A DNA stretch of 27,457 bases from an uncultured Hyphomonadaceae bacterium (lineage in GTDB: Bacteria > Pseudomonadota > Alphaproteobacteria > Caulobacterales > Hyphomonadaceae): contig CAYXQV010000005.1 in NCBI GenBank assembly GCA_964467505.1, positions 1 through 27,457 of the forward strand. Reading direction: 5' to 3'. How positions within the stretch are numbered: the stretch's first letter is position 1; every line of letters starts with the position of its first letter. Made by a program: the position numbers and the translations under genes. This document shows positions 8,357 to 17,422 of this stretch, piece after piece. Below the pieces are notes generated by a model. The model saw only the letters and a program-made list of their open reading frames with translations, searched no databases and was not told the DNA's origin.

Positions 8357-9364
8357 CTAGAGCAGCTTTCCCATATGCACGGCGGTGTCGCTCATCCGGG
8401 TCGCAAAGCCCCACTCATTGTCATACCAGGACAGGACACGGACCATTGTGCCTTCGATCACCTGGGTCTGGTCGAGCGCGAAGGTAGAACTGGCCGGATT
8501 GTGATTGAAATCCGACGACACCAGCGGCGCATCGGTATATTCAAGCACGCCCTTCATCGGGCCATCGGCAGCCGCAACAATCGCTGCGTTGATTTCCTCG
8601 GCGCTGGTCGCCTTGCCGGCATCGAACACCAGATCGATCATCGAGACATTCGGAGTTGGCACGCGCACAGCCGAACCATCCAGCTTGCCGACCAGTTCCG
8701 GAAGGACCAGACCAACCGCCTTGGCCGCACCGGTCGAAGTTGGAATGATCGAATTGGCGGCAGCGCGCGCGCGATAGAGATCCTTGTGCATCCGGTCGAG
8801 CGTCGGCTGGTCGCCGGTATAGGAATGCACCGTGGTCATGTATCCGCGCGTGATGCCGACAGTGTCATTGAGCACCTTGGCCACCGGCGCGAGACAATTG
8901 GTCGTGCATGAGGCGTTGGACACCACCGTGTCTTCAGGCGTGAGCGCTGAATGATTGACGCCAAAAACAATCGTCTTGTCGGCGCCGGTTGCAGGCGCCG
9001 ACACCAGGGCGCGCCGTGCGCCGGCTTCAAGGTGTTTTGCCGCGTCCTCGCGCTTGGTGAAAATGCCGGTGCATTCAAGGGCGATATCGACATCCATTTC
9101 CTTGTGCGGCAGCTCTTTCGGGTCACGTACCGACGTGCACAGGAACGACCGCTCGCCGACCCTGATCTGGTCGCCATCCACCTCGACATTGTGGCCCAGC
9201 CGGCCATGGACCGAGTCATATTGGAGCAGGTGCGCGTTGGTGGCGACCGGGCCGAGATCGTTGATCGCGACGACCTCTATATCCTTGCGGTCATGTTCGA
9301 TGATCGAACGCAGAACCAGCCGGCCGATCCGGCCAAATCCATTAATCGCGACACGAATGGCCAT
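8357..9364 (-). CDS. gap: Type I glyceraldehyde-3-phosphate dehydrogenase
   Basis: INGFGRIGR, SNASCTTNCLAP catalytic motif, RVPTPNVS, WYDNEWG. Confidence 0.98.
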   Translation of the reverse strand: MAIRVAINGFGRIGRLVLRSIIEHDRKDIEVVAINDLGPVATNAHLLQYDSVHGRLGHNVEVDGDQIRVGERSFLCTSVRDPKELPHKEMDVDIALECTGIFTKREDAAKHLEAGARRALVSAPATGADKTIVFGVNHSALTPEDTVVSNASCTTNCLAPVAKVLNDTVGITRGYMTTVHSYTGDQPTLDRMHKDLYRARAAANSIIPTSTGAAKAVGLVLPELVGKLDGSAVRVPTPNVSMIDLVFDAGKATSAEEINAAIVAAADGPMKGVLEYTDAPLVSSDFNHNPASSTFALDQTQVIEGTMVRVLSWYDNEWGFATRMSDTAVHMGKLL

Positions 9365-9408
9365 GGGAAGCCCTCTCCTGACAATGCTTGCAACCAGTTT
9401 TCCAGCGC

Positions 9409-9437
9409 GGTTTAAACCCGCTTGTCACCCGCGTCCA
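9409..9437 (-). promoter_or_regulatory. Possible sigma70-type promoter for the gap operon
   Basis: Minus strand TGGACG-N17-TAAACC, ending 45 nt upstream of the gap ATG; imperfect consensus match. Confidence 0.35.
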
Positions 9438-9481
9438 GACAGGCCGCGTGCTTTACCGGCGTCCATGCAAGAGCCGCGCCG

Positions 9482-9943
9482 TCAGCTGGCGCCAGGCGTA
9501 TCATCAAGCAGGAAGCCGCCCCTGCCGGTCAGCCAGCGCCCGAGCAGATAGATCAGCAGTCCGACCGGCCCGAAGACGAAACTGCCAAGCTGGCCAGGAA
9601 CGCGGATGAAATGCGAGACCTTGCGAGCCAGCGCATCACGCCCGATCCACGCACCGACAAACAGGTCGAACACCAGATAATGGGTCCATCCGGTCAGCAG
9701 ACCCGCAGGTGTGTCGAACACTTTCATGACGGCCTCAAGCGAGCCAAAGCCTGCGCCATCGGTGCCTTCGCCAAATATGAGCGCGCGCGAAATGAACGCG
9801 ACATAGACCAGCCCGAAAACGATCGGATAAAGACCTGAATGAACCAGCCGGCGCGTCAGGCCCGAGGCGGGCAGGAACACCAGCAACACCCATCCCGGAA
9901 TGACCAGTGCGTTGATGAGGAGATAAAGCTGCGCATCAGACAT
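9482..9943 (-). CDS. ABA4-like / DUF4281 membrane protein
   Basis: Four hydrophobic segments with GWTHYLVFDLFVGAWI and FVFGPVGLLIY motifs; start MSDAQLY at 9943. Confidence 0.8.
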   Translation of the reverse strand: MSDAQLYLLINALVIPGWVLLVFLPASGLTRRLVHSGLYPIVFGLVYVAFISRALIFGEGTDGAGFGSLEAVMKVFDTPAGLLTGWTHYLVFDLFVGAWIGRDALARKVSHFIRVPGQLGSFVFGPVGLLIYLLGRWLTGRGGFLLDDTPGAS

Positions 9944-10088
9944 GCGGGGAGGTTTAGACTGATCGCACGCAAGAGCAAGCTGCACGTGTTCGCACCGCAA
10001 CTGGCGGCGGGACCAGGCGACGGGTGACGCACTTCAGGCCGCCGGTAGCTTTAACACTCGATCCATCCTGGCCATGATGACGCCAGCG

Positions 10089-10117
10089 CTTGCACCCCGG
10101 CGCCAATCGCCCCATTT
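10089..10117 (+). promoter_or_regulatory. RpoH (sigma32) type promoter
   Basis: CTTGCA-N15-CCCCATTT, close to the sigma32 consensus CTTGAA-N13-17-CCCCATNT, upstream of a CnoX-like chaperedoxin gene. Confidence 0.7.
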
Positions 10118-10150
10118 GTCCGCCAAAGTGCAAAACAAGGAGCCAAGCCG

Positions 10151-11062
10151 ATGAAATTTGCCATGAGCGGTGTCGGCGCCGGCGATGCGGGCCAGCATGT
10201 CAAGGACAGTACGGACCAGGAATTCGTCGCCGATGTGATCGAGGCCTCCCGGGATGTCCCTGTCCTTGTCGATTTCTGGGCACCCTGGTGCGGGCCCTGC
10301 AAGACCTTGGGGCCGATCATCGAAAAACTGGTCGGCGAAAAGGCTGGCAAGGTAAAACTGGTCAAGGTCAATATTGACGAGAACCCGCAAATCGCCGGCC
10401 AGCTCGGCGTGCGCTCCATCCCAGCCGTGTTCGCATTTGACAAGGGGCGCCCGGTCGACGGTTTCATGGGCGCACTGCCCGAAAGCCAGATCAGGGAGTT
10501 CATGGACAAGATCCTGGCTGGCACCGATGAGGGCCAGCAGATCGGCGAAGCGCTTGATGGGGCCGATGAGGCGCTCCAGTCCGGCGATATTGGCGGTGCG
10601 GCGCAGATTTATGCTGCCGTGATCAGTGCCGAGCCCGAAAACGTGCGTGCCATTGCCGGCCTCGCCCGGTGCTACCTGCAGAATGGCGACCGTGAGCGCG
10701 CGAGCGACACACTGCAGATGACCCCCGCCGACAAGCGGGACGATCCCGACTACAAGAGCGTCGAGACGGCTCTCCAGCTCATGGAAGACGCGCCCGATGA
10801 AAGCGAATTCGCAGAGGCTGCGCGCCGGCTTGAGGCAAATCCGGGAGATAACGAAGCCCGCTTCGAGCTTGCGGAAAAATATGCGGCAGCCGGGCGTCAC
10901 GGCCCGGCCTGTGACCTGCTTCTCGACATCCTCGCAGCCGACATGAACTGGGGCGACGGCAAGGCGAAGGAAAAACTGTTGACGGTTTTCGAGGCGGCCG
11001 GTCCGAAGGCGACGGCCACGATCGAAGGCCGGCGCCGGCTCTCCTCACTGATGTTCGCCTGA
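10151..11062 (+). CDS. cnoX: Thioredoxin-TPR chaperedoxin (CnoX/YbbN-like)
   Basis: N-terminal Trx domain VDFWAPWCGPCK, SIPAV, followed by helical TPR-like region ending GRRRLSSLMF. Confidence 0.88.
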   Translation: MKFAMSGVGAGDAGQHVKDSTDQEFVADVIEASRDVPVLVDFWAPWCGPCKTLGPIIEKLVGEKAGKVKLVKVNIDENPQIAGQLGVRSIPAVFAFDKGRPVDGFMGALPESQIREFMDKILAGTDEGQQIGEALDGADEALQSGDIGGAAQIYAAVISAEPENVRAIAGLARCYLQNGDRERASDTLQMTPADKRDDPDYKSVETALQLMEDAPDESEFAEAARRLEANPGDNEARFELAEKYAAAGRHGPACDLLLDILAADMNWGDGKAKEKLLTVFEAAGPKATATIEGRRRLSSLMFA

Positions 11063-11159
11063 ACCCGCGCGCGATGCGCAAAGGGGGTCGACGTGAGCGC
11101 CGCGCGCGCCATCTCATGCTTCCTCAAGGCAAGCGCCATCGGAAAGGGAAAGGCTTATC

Positions 11160-11810
11160 ATGACCGTCGAGACCTATCGCCAGATTTCCGACCTGCCGGC
11201 AACACTCCCTCTCTTCCCTCTGCCCGGCGCCATGCTGTTTCCGCGATGGACGCTGTCGCTGAACATATTCGAGCCGCGCTATCTCAACATGATCGATGAT
11301 GCGATGGCCGGCGACCGGCTGATTGGCATGGTCCAGACCACTGGCGGGCCGAAATCATGTCCCGATCTCGCCAGCATCGGCTGTGCGGGGCGCATCACCT
11401 CCTATTCCGAAACCGAAGACGGGCGCTACATGATTGTCCTCACCGGCATCTGCCGGTTCGAGGTCGACGAGTTGCACGATGTCGCGACACCCTATCGCCA
11501 GGCCGAGGCCGGCTGGATTCCTTTTGCCGGCGATCTTGGCGGTCCGGATATTGCCGACCTGCCGGGCCGCGAGCGCCTGGTCGGTGCGCTCAAGGCCTAT
11601 GTTGCGCGCAACGAGATGAGTGCTGACTGGTCCGCCGTCGAAGAGGCGCCGATCGAGACACTGGTCAATGCGCTGTGCGCTGGTTGCCCGTTTTCCGTTC
11701 CGGAAAAACAGGCCCTGCTTGAAGCAACAGGCTTGCGCGAGCGCGCCGACACGCTGATCGCACTGCTCGAAATGGATATGCCCGGCCCGGATGGAGGACG
11801 AATGCAATGA
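11160..11810 (+). CDS. Lon protease N-terminal (substrate-binding) domain protein, no ATPase or protease domain
   Basis: [13 protein letters not shown]...[39 protein letters not shown]. Confidence 0.9.
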   Translation: MTVETYRQISDLPATLPLFPLPGAMLFPRWTLSLNIFEPRYLNMIDDAMAGDRLIGMVQTTGGPKSCPDLASIGCAGRITSYSETEDGRYMIVLTGICRFEVDELHDVATPYRQAEAGWIPFAGDLGGPDIADLPGRERLVGALKAYVARNEMSADWSAVEEAPIETLVNALCAGCPFSVPEKQALLEATGLRERADTLIALLEMDMPGPDGGRMQ

Positions 11811-12046
11811 GCCAGACAGGCAACACACCCGGCGATGAAGCTGCAGGAGACCCCCCGCGCGCTTGGGGCGTTGACCCGCGGCTGCTGGAAATCCTGGTCT
11901 GCCCGGTCACGCGCGCACCGCTCGAATATGACCGCGAGGCCGGCGAGCTTGTCTCGAAGAAGGCCGGGCTGGCCTATCCGATCCGCGACGGACTGCCGAT
12001 CCTGCTTGAGGAAGAGGCAAGGGTGCTGGACGAACCGGCCCGATGA
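11807..12046 (+). CDS. Trm112/YcaR (UPF0434) family protein
   Basis: [14 protein letters not shown]...[18 protein letters not shown]; ATGA overlap with the upstream gene. Confidence 0.9.
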   Translation: MSQTGNTPGDEAAGDPPRAWGVDPRLLEILVCPVTRAPLEYDREAGELVSKKAGLAYPIRDGLPILLEEEARVLDEPAR

Positions 12047-12360
12047 GCGCGCCGCGCGAGGCATCCTGGCCCCGGCGCCTGCGGTTCCAGAAGGGGGCGG
12101 GAAGGCTGGTCGTCGAATTTGACGATGGCGTGGACGTGGAAGTCGCCTACAAGCGCCTGCGCGAGGAGAGCCCCTCGGCCGAGGTGCGCGGCCATGGCGC
12201 CGGGCCGCGTCCGCCGCAGCCCGATGTGCCGGATGATATCACGGTGACGGGCGCCGAGCCTGTGGGCCGCTATGGTGTGCGCATCCGCTTTTCCGATGGC
12301 CATGATACGGGGCTATACACATGGAGCCTGCTTCGCAGCCTCGCCCAATCGCAAGCCTGA
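12043..12360 (+). CDS. DUF971 / gamma-butyrobetaine hydroxylase-like N-terminal domain protein
   Basis: [37 protein letters not shown]; ATGA overlap with the Trm112 gene. Confidence 0.88.
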   Translation: MSAPREASWPRRLRFQKGAGRLVVEFDDGVDVEVAYKRLREESPSAEVRGHGAGPRPPQPDVPDDITVTGAEPVGRYGVRIRFSDGHDTGLYTWSLLRSLAQSQA

Positions 12361-12411
12361 ACCAAACAGACAGGCGACAGGCGCGAAATTCTGGTCTAGA
12401 TCGCATCCCAA

Positions 12412-14424
12412 ATGGACGTGCTTGACCGGATCTCTCGCGGCTGGACCGCTTTCATCCTCCTCTTCGCCATAACCTTCGGGGCGGCAGCGCCGGGCGTGTT
12501 CACCCTGCCAAGCCTCGACCGCGACGAAAGCCGGTTCGCCCAGGCTTCGAAACAGATGCTGGAGACCGGGGATTATATCCGCATCCGCTACCAGGACCAG
12601 CTTCGCAACAAGAAGCCGGCCGGCATACACTGGCTGCAGGCGGGATCGACAGCCCTGCTCTCATCGGCCGATGCCGGGCAGATCTGGAGCTACCGCGTGC
12701 CGAACTGGGTGGCGGTCGGGCTTGCGAGCATGGCCTGTTTCTGGACCGGACTTGTCCTGATCGGCAGGCGTGCAGCCTTTGTCGGATCGGCCCTTTATGC
12801 GGCCACGCTCCTGCTCACCAGCGAAGGGCATATCTCAAAGACCGACGGCGTCCTGATCTTCCTGACAACGCTCGGAATCGGCGCGCTTGCCCGGCTCTAC
12901 ATACGCGGGGACCGCGACAAGAGACTGGCCATGCTGTTCTGGCTTGCCATGGGGCTGGGCTTCCTTGTCAAGGGACCGGTCAGCCTGCTCGTCGCCGGGC
13001 TCGCAGGGCTCGGAGCCTGGGTCTGGTCAAAAGCAGCCGACGGCCGGGGCGGCGACTGGTGGCGCGTGCTGGCCTGGTGGCCGGGCCCGGCCCTGTTCGT
13101 CGCGCTGGTCCTGCCCTGGTTCATCTGGATCCAGATCGCCACGGACGGTGCCTATGTGCAGGGCGCGGTGGGCAAGGACCTCAAGGACAAGTTCGCCGGC
13201 GCCTCGGAGGGCCATGCCGGCTGGCCGTTCTATCACGTCTCTCACATACCGGTCTGGTATTTCCCGGCCACGCTCGCGCTGATCCCCGGCGCTGCACTGG
13301 CCTGGAACACGCTGCGCGGTGAAACCGTGAACGCGCGCAGGCGCGGCATGGACGCGATGGTCATCATGCTTGCGCTTGCCGGGCTGTTGGCGATCGCAGC
13401 CTGGGTGTTCGGACCAACCGTGCTGCCCGCCTTCCCCTTCGCGATCCTTGCCGCGTTCGCCTGGCTTGGCATGCGCCGGGACTGGTTTGCGCGCTGGCCC
13501 CAACCGGCGACCGACGAGCCGGCGCACGCCATGCGTTTCCTCGTTGCCTGGGCGCTGCTGACCTTGTTTTTCTTCGAGCTGATGCCGACCCGGCTCAGCC
13601 ATTATATCCTGCCGGCCTATCCGGCTTTCGCGCTGATTGGCGGGGCGGGCCTGGTGAAGCTGATGGATGGTGCGTCCATGCCGGTCTCACGCATCGCCTC
13701 GGTGGTGTTGTTCCTGCTCGGCATTTTCGTCATGGCACTGGTCAGCGTTCCGGGGGTCGATGCGATCCTGATGCGTGAAGCTGCCGCTGATTTCACGACA
13801 GCGCCCGGTGAGGAGGTCCTCGCCAGCTGGACATCAGGACTGGATTATTCGCTGTTATGGTGGGGTGTGGGCCTGGCGACCGGCCTTGGCGCGGCGATAT
13901 TGTTCGTGGCCCGCCGCATGGGGCTTGCCGTGACGCTCGCCATTGCGTCAGCGGTGGGTTTTGGCTGGCATTTGCGGATCGACTTCCTGCCGGCCCAGGA
14001 GTGGATACAGGCCACACTGCAGGCGCGCCACGCGCTTGAGGATGTCTGCGCCATGCCTGATCCCGCTCGCAATCGCGAGGGCTGCGGCGATGCGCCCGCG
14101 CGTGTGCAGGCGGTTGGCTATTCCGAGCCGTCATATGTGATGGTGATCGGAACGCAGAACCTGCATCCCCCCAATACAGTGGTCGCCCTGCCCGCCGGCC
14201 CGACCAGCTATCCCGCCGCCTTCGTCATCAACCTGGAAGACCCGGCAGGCCCCCCGGCGCGCGACAAGCTGCTTTCCGAGGCGGATTCGCGGGGCCTTTG
14301 TGTCAGCCAGTCCGATCCGCACTATGCGCTCAACTATTCCAATAGCGACCCGGTCCACTTCATCGCGCTGCGCTTCGACCGCCCGCCCTGCGCGCGCGTG
14401 CTGCGCCCTATTCCGCCCGCCTGA
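12412..14424 (+). CDS. ArnT/PMT-like membrane glycosyltransferase
   Basis: DRDESRFAQASKQMLETGD, KKPAGIHWLQA, YRVP, KTD, LVKGP, HYILPAYPAFA; many transmembrane segments. Confidence 0.85.
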   Translation: MDVLDRISRGWTAFILLFAITFGAAAPGVFTLPSLDRDESRFAQASKQMLETGDYIRIRYQDQLRNKKPAGIHWLQAGSTALLSSADAGQIWSYRVPNWVAVGLASMACFWTGLVLIGRRAAFVGSALYAATLLLTSEGHISKTDGVLIFLTTLGIGALARLYIRGDRDKRLAMLFWLAMGLGFLVKGPVSLLVAGLAGLGAWVWSKAADGRGGDWWRVLAWWPGPALFVALVLPWFIWIQIATDGAYVQGAVGKDLKDKFAGASEGHAGWPFYHVSHIPVWYFPATLALIPGAALAWNTLRGETVNARRRGMDAMVIMLALAGLLAIAAWVFGPTVLPAFPFAILAAFAWLGMRRDWFARWPQPATDEPAHAMRFLVAWALLTLFFFELMPTRLSHYILPAYPAFALIGGAGLVKLMDGASMPVSRIASVVLFLLGIFVMALVSVPGVDAILMREAAADFTTAPGEEVLASWTSGLDYSLLWWGVGLATGLGAAILFVARRMGLAVTLAIASAVGFGWHLRIDFLPAQEWIQATLQARHALEDVCAMPDPARNREGCGDAPARVQAVGYSEPSYVMVIGTQNLHPPNTVVALPAGPTSYPAAFVINLEDPAGPPARDKLLSEADSRGLCVSQSDPHYALNYSNSDPVHFIALRFDRPPCARVLRPIPPA

Positions 14425-15361
14425 CCATGAAGCCGGCGCGCGGGAAATGGACGTGGATGCTTTCGACACGCTCATCAAAACGCTGCAATATGATGCACTG
14501 ATCATCGGCATGAACGAGATGACCGCTGACCCAGTCGCGGCCATAATCATCCGGCGCGACCGAGACGGCGTCGCCTGCGACAAGGCCCTGTGCCTCGATC
14601 GCATCGACCGTGGCCGCTTTCAGCCGCGGGCCGGCATCCTGCGCGATTTGCAGCGCGGCGGCGGCGTCCAGGACCTCGCCAGCCTGACCCTCGGCCTCGT
14701 TCAGCCGGTTGTACCAGTCACGCGTCAGCGGGGCACCGGACAGGCACGTCTCGACGAAATCGGGGACATTGCGCTGCGTAAACCAGATATTCATGTGTGC
14801 ATGGACGTCGGCGAGGCCGGGCCGCGACGAGACCAGCCAGCTTCCGCCGCCTGCCCCACGCCCGCCGCGCAGGCAATCCTCGATATGCATCAGGTGGGCC
14901 CGCCACTGGTCGCGCAGCATCGGGGCGGCGGCTTTCATGGCATCTGTGTCGAAGGAGCGCCCCGACAGTTTTTCCCGGTCGGCCTTGAACGTGTCATCCA
15001 CCTTGTCGCCAATGGCGCCGAAAATGACCCCCACCGAGACCTGGAACCAGACCCGGTCGGCCCAGGCCCCGACCATCCTCGAAATCCCCTCATGGCCGGG
15101 AAGCTCAAGCTGCGGCATCGGATAGCGCCGCTCCAGTTCCGACAATATCATCGCGGTGTCACAATAGATGTCAGCGCCGATCTGCATCACCGGGATGCGC
15201 CGATAGCCGCCGGTCAGCGCCACGAGATCGGGCTTGGGCATGATCACCGGGGCATCGACCGCAGCCCAGGCGAGGTTCTTCAGCTTCAGCGCAAGGCGTA
15301 TCTTCTCGGAAAAGGGCGAGGCGTCATACTGGTGAAGGATAATGCTGCGCGCGTCGGCCAT
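14408..15361 (-). CDS. Glutathione S-transferase family protein
   Basis: SPFSEKIRL, GGYRRIPVMQIGADIYCDT, PGLADVH. Start at ATG 15361, or TTG 15382 which has AAGGAGG 9 nt upstream. Confidence 0.85.
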   Translation of the reverse strand: MADARSIILHQYDASPFSEKIRLALKLKNLAWAAVDAPVIMPKPDLVALTGGYRRIPVMQIGADIYCDTAMILSELERRYPMPQLELPGHEGISRMVGAWADRVWFQVSVGVIFGAIGDKVDDTFKADREKLSGRSFDTDAMKAAAPMLRDQWRAHLMHIEDCLRGGRGAGGGSWLVSSRPGLADVHAHMNIWFTQRNVPDFVETCLSGAPLTRDWYNRLNEAEGQAGEVLDAAAALQIAQDAGPRLKAATVDAIEAQGLVAGDAVSVAPDDYGRDWVSGHLVHADDQCIILQRFDERVESIHVHFPRAGFMVRRAE

Positions 15362-15513
15362 GTCGATCCTGCTCCCCGTCAAATGCTCCAGCCTCCTTAT
15401 TGCGCAGCTTTCGCGCGCGGGGAAACCCCTATCGGCAACCGCAGCCTGGGGGCTTGCCCGATTTCACCTGGCGGTGAATGCTCGCGCCGGTCAATCAGAG
15501 AGGAATGACAAGC

Positions 15514-15942
15514 ATGATCCGTTCGCTGATGAGCGCGCCGCTGTGCGGCCTGCTGGTGGGCCTTGGCGCCTGTGCCAGCGTTGAGCCTGAACCGTGCACC
15601 CCGCAATGGGTGGACTGGCAAAAGGAGAGAATCTTCGATCCGTTCGTGTCGGAATATCGCCGCGAGATTTCCTCCCTGCGCGATCTTCAGGGCAATCTCG
15701 ACCAGCCGGGCATGATGACAGCCTTCCAGATGGCCGGGCTGATCGAGAAACTGCCCCGCATGGCCGAGGACTTCCGCAGCAATGTCGTGCCGAGCATACA
15801 GGCGGCGGTCGCCACATGCTCACAGCCCGAAAAGGCCAGCACGCTGCTTGCGGACATGCTGCGCCGCGAAGGCGTCGGGGATGACGTGCTGGTCTGGGTC
15901 GAGACGCTCGGTCTGCTTGTCGAGCGCCAGCGCCAGACCTGA
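15514..15942 (+). CDS. Predicted lipoprotein of unknown function
   Basis: Signal peptide MIRSLMSAPLCGLLVGLGAC with LGAC lipobox; AGAGGA RBS upstream. Confidence 0.7.
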   Translation: MIRSLMSAPLCGLLVGLGACASVEPEPCTPQWVDWQKERIFDPFVSEYRREISSLRDLQGNLDQPGMMTAFQMAGLIEKLPRMAEDFRSNVVPSIQAAVATCSQPEKASTLLADMLRREGVGDDVLVWVETLGLLVERQRQT

Positions 15943-15955
15943 CTGGCTCACCACA

Positions 15956-17263
15956 TCAAAGCGCGGCCAGAGCCTGATCGAGATCGGCAATGATGTCGGC
16001 AAGATCCTCGATCCCGATTGACACGCGCACCGTCTCCGGCGCCGCTCCGGCCGCGGTTTTCTGGGCATCCGTAAGCTGGCTGTGCGTCGTTGATGCCGGG
16101 TGGATGATCAGGGAGCGTGTGTCGCCGATGTTGGCGAGGTGGCTGAAGAGTTTCGTGCCCTCGACGAGCTTGACGCCGGCTTCATGGCCGCCCTTGAGGC
16201 CGAATGTGAACACCGCGCCAGCTCCCTTTGGCATGTATTTTTGTGCCCGTTCATGATGAGGATCGCTGCCGAGCCCCGCATAGCGCACCCATGCGACTTT
16301 CTCATGGGCTTCCAGCCAGCGCGCGACACCCAGAGCGTTCTCGCAATGCCGGTCCATGCGCAGCGGAAGTGTCTCGCATCCGGTCAGCAGCAGGAATGCG
16401 TTGAAGGGTGACAGTGCCGGGCCGATGTCGCGCAGGGAAAATGTCTTTGCCGCAATGGCAAAGGCGATATCGACATTTCCGCCGCCCGGCCCCATCGGCA
16501 TCGCACCGAATGTCTCGGCGAAGACAATGTCGTTGTAATAAGCCTGCGGCGTGGTCAGCGTCGGAAACTTGTCCTTGTGCGCCATCCAGTCAAAACGGCC
16601 ACCATCGACCAGCACCCCGCCGACCGAATTTCCATGCCCGCCGATGAACTTGGTCAGGCTCTCCACGACGATGTGGGCCCCGTGCTCCAGCGGACGGCAC
16701 AAGGCTGGCGAGGCCATTGTGTTGTCAACGATATAGGGCACGCCTGCTTTCTGCGCGATGGCCGCCACACCCGAAATATCGGTCACAAGCCCGCCGGGAT
16801 TGGCAAGGCTTTCCGTGAAGATCAGCCGGGTCTTGTCATCAACCGCAGCCTCGAAGCTCGAAAGATCGTCGATGTCGGCCCATCGCACCTGCCAGCCAAA
16901 CTTGGCGATGGCATGGTTGAACTGGTTGATCGAACCACCATAGAGCTGCTTGGCGGCCACCAGGTTGGTGCCGGGCTCCATGAGCAGGTGCAGGGCCGCG
17001 ATCTGCGCGGCATGGCCCGAAGCCACGCCAAGCGCCATCGTCCCGCCCTCAAGGTCTGCGATCCGCGCTTCCAGGGCGCTGACCGTCGGATTGCCAATCC
17101 TTGTATAGATGTCGCCGAATTCCTTCAGGGCGAACAGGTTGGCGGCATGGTCAGCATCACGGAAGACGAAGCTTGTGGTCTGGTAGATCGGCTGTACGCG
17201 CGCACCTGTCGACGGGTCGGGTGTGGCACCGGCGTGCACCGCGCGTGTGGAAAATCCTGTCAT
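15956..17263 (-). CDS. metY: O-acetylhomoserine aminocarboxypropyltransferase / cysteine synthase (PLP-dependent)
   Basis: PIYQTTSF, YTRIGNPT, ASGHAAQ, LYGG, VDNT, SLTKFIGGHG (PLP Lys), HLANIGDTRSLIIHPASTTHSQL. Confidence 0.92.
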   Translation of the reverse strand: MTGFSTRAVHAGATPDPSTGARVQPIYQTTSFVFRDADHAANLFALKEFGDIYTRIGNPTVSALEARIADLEGGTMALGVASGHAAQIAALHLLMEPGTNLVAAKQLYGGSINQFNHAIAKFGWQVRWADIDDLSSFEAAVDDKTRLIFTESLANPGGLVTDISGVAAIAQKAGVPYIVDNTMASPALCRPLEHGAHIVVESLTKFIGGHGNSVGGVLVDGGRFDWMAHKDKFPTLTTPQAYYNDIVFAETFGAMPMGPGGGNVDIAFAIAAKTFSLRDIGPALSPFNAFLLLTGCETLPLRMDRHCENALGVARWLEAHEKVAWVRYAGLGSDPHHERAQKYMPKGAGAVFTFGLKGGHEAGVKLVEGTKLFSHLANIGDTRSLIIHPASTTHSQLTDAQKTAAGAAPETVRVSIGIEDLADIIADLDQALAAL

Positions 17264-17422
17264 TGTCTGATCCTCTTGCTGTGGCCTCTGGATTTGTCAT
17301 GTTCCTGACTAAATGCTGTCAGGCACAAAGCCAGTCTTGATTGCTGAAGCCATGGGCGAGATAAGCTCAAGACGAACAGGGCGCAGCCAATGGCGCACCC
17401 AACGGGACGGGAGTGGAATAAC

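Noticed and set aside
8340-8414. N-terminal extension of the second Uma2 ORF into gap
   Set aside because: Overlaps the gap 3' end in another frame; in-frame ATGs at 8339 and 8324 give a normal-length Uma2 protein
10151-15361. Hidden selenoproteins among the redox genes (thioredoxin, GST)
   Set aside because: The thioredoxin active site is intact WCGPC with Cys codons, and no recognisable gene in the window is interrupted by an internal UGA
17264-17400. SAM-II / SAM-SAH riboswitch upstream of metY
   Set aside because: Read on the minus strand, I could not find the conserved elements (GATTT...TTGC...GCTAAA, or GTCACAACGGCTTCCTGGCGTGAC); an Rfam scan would be decisive
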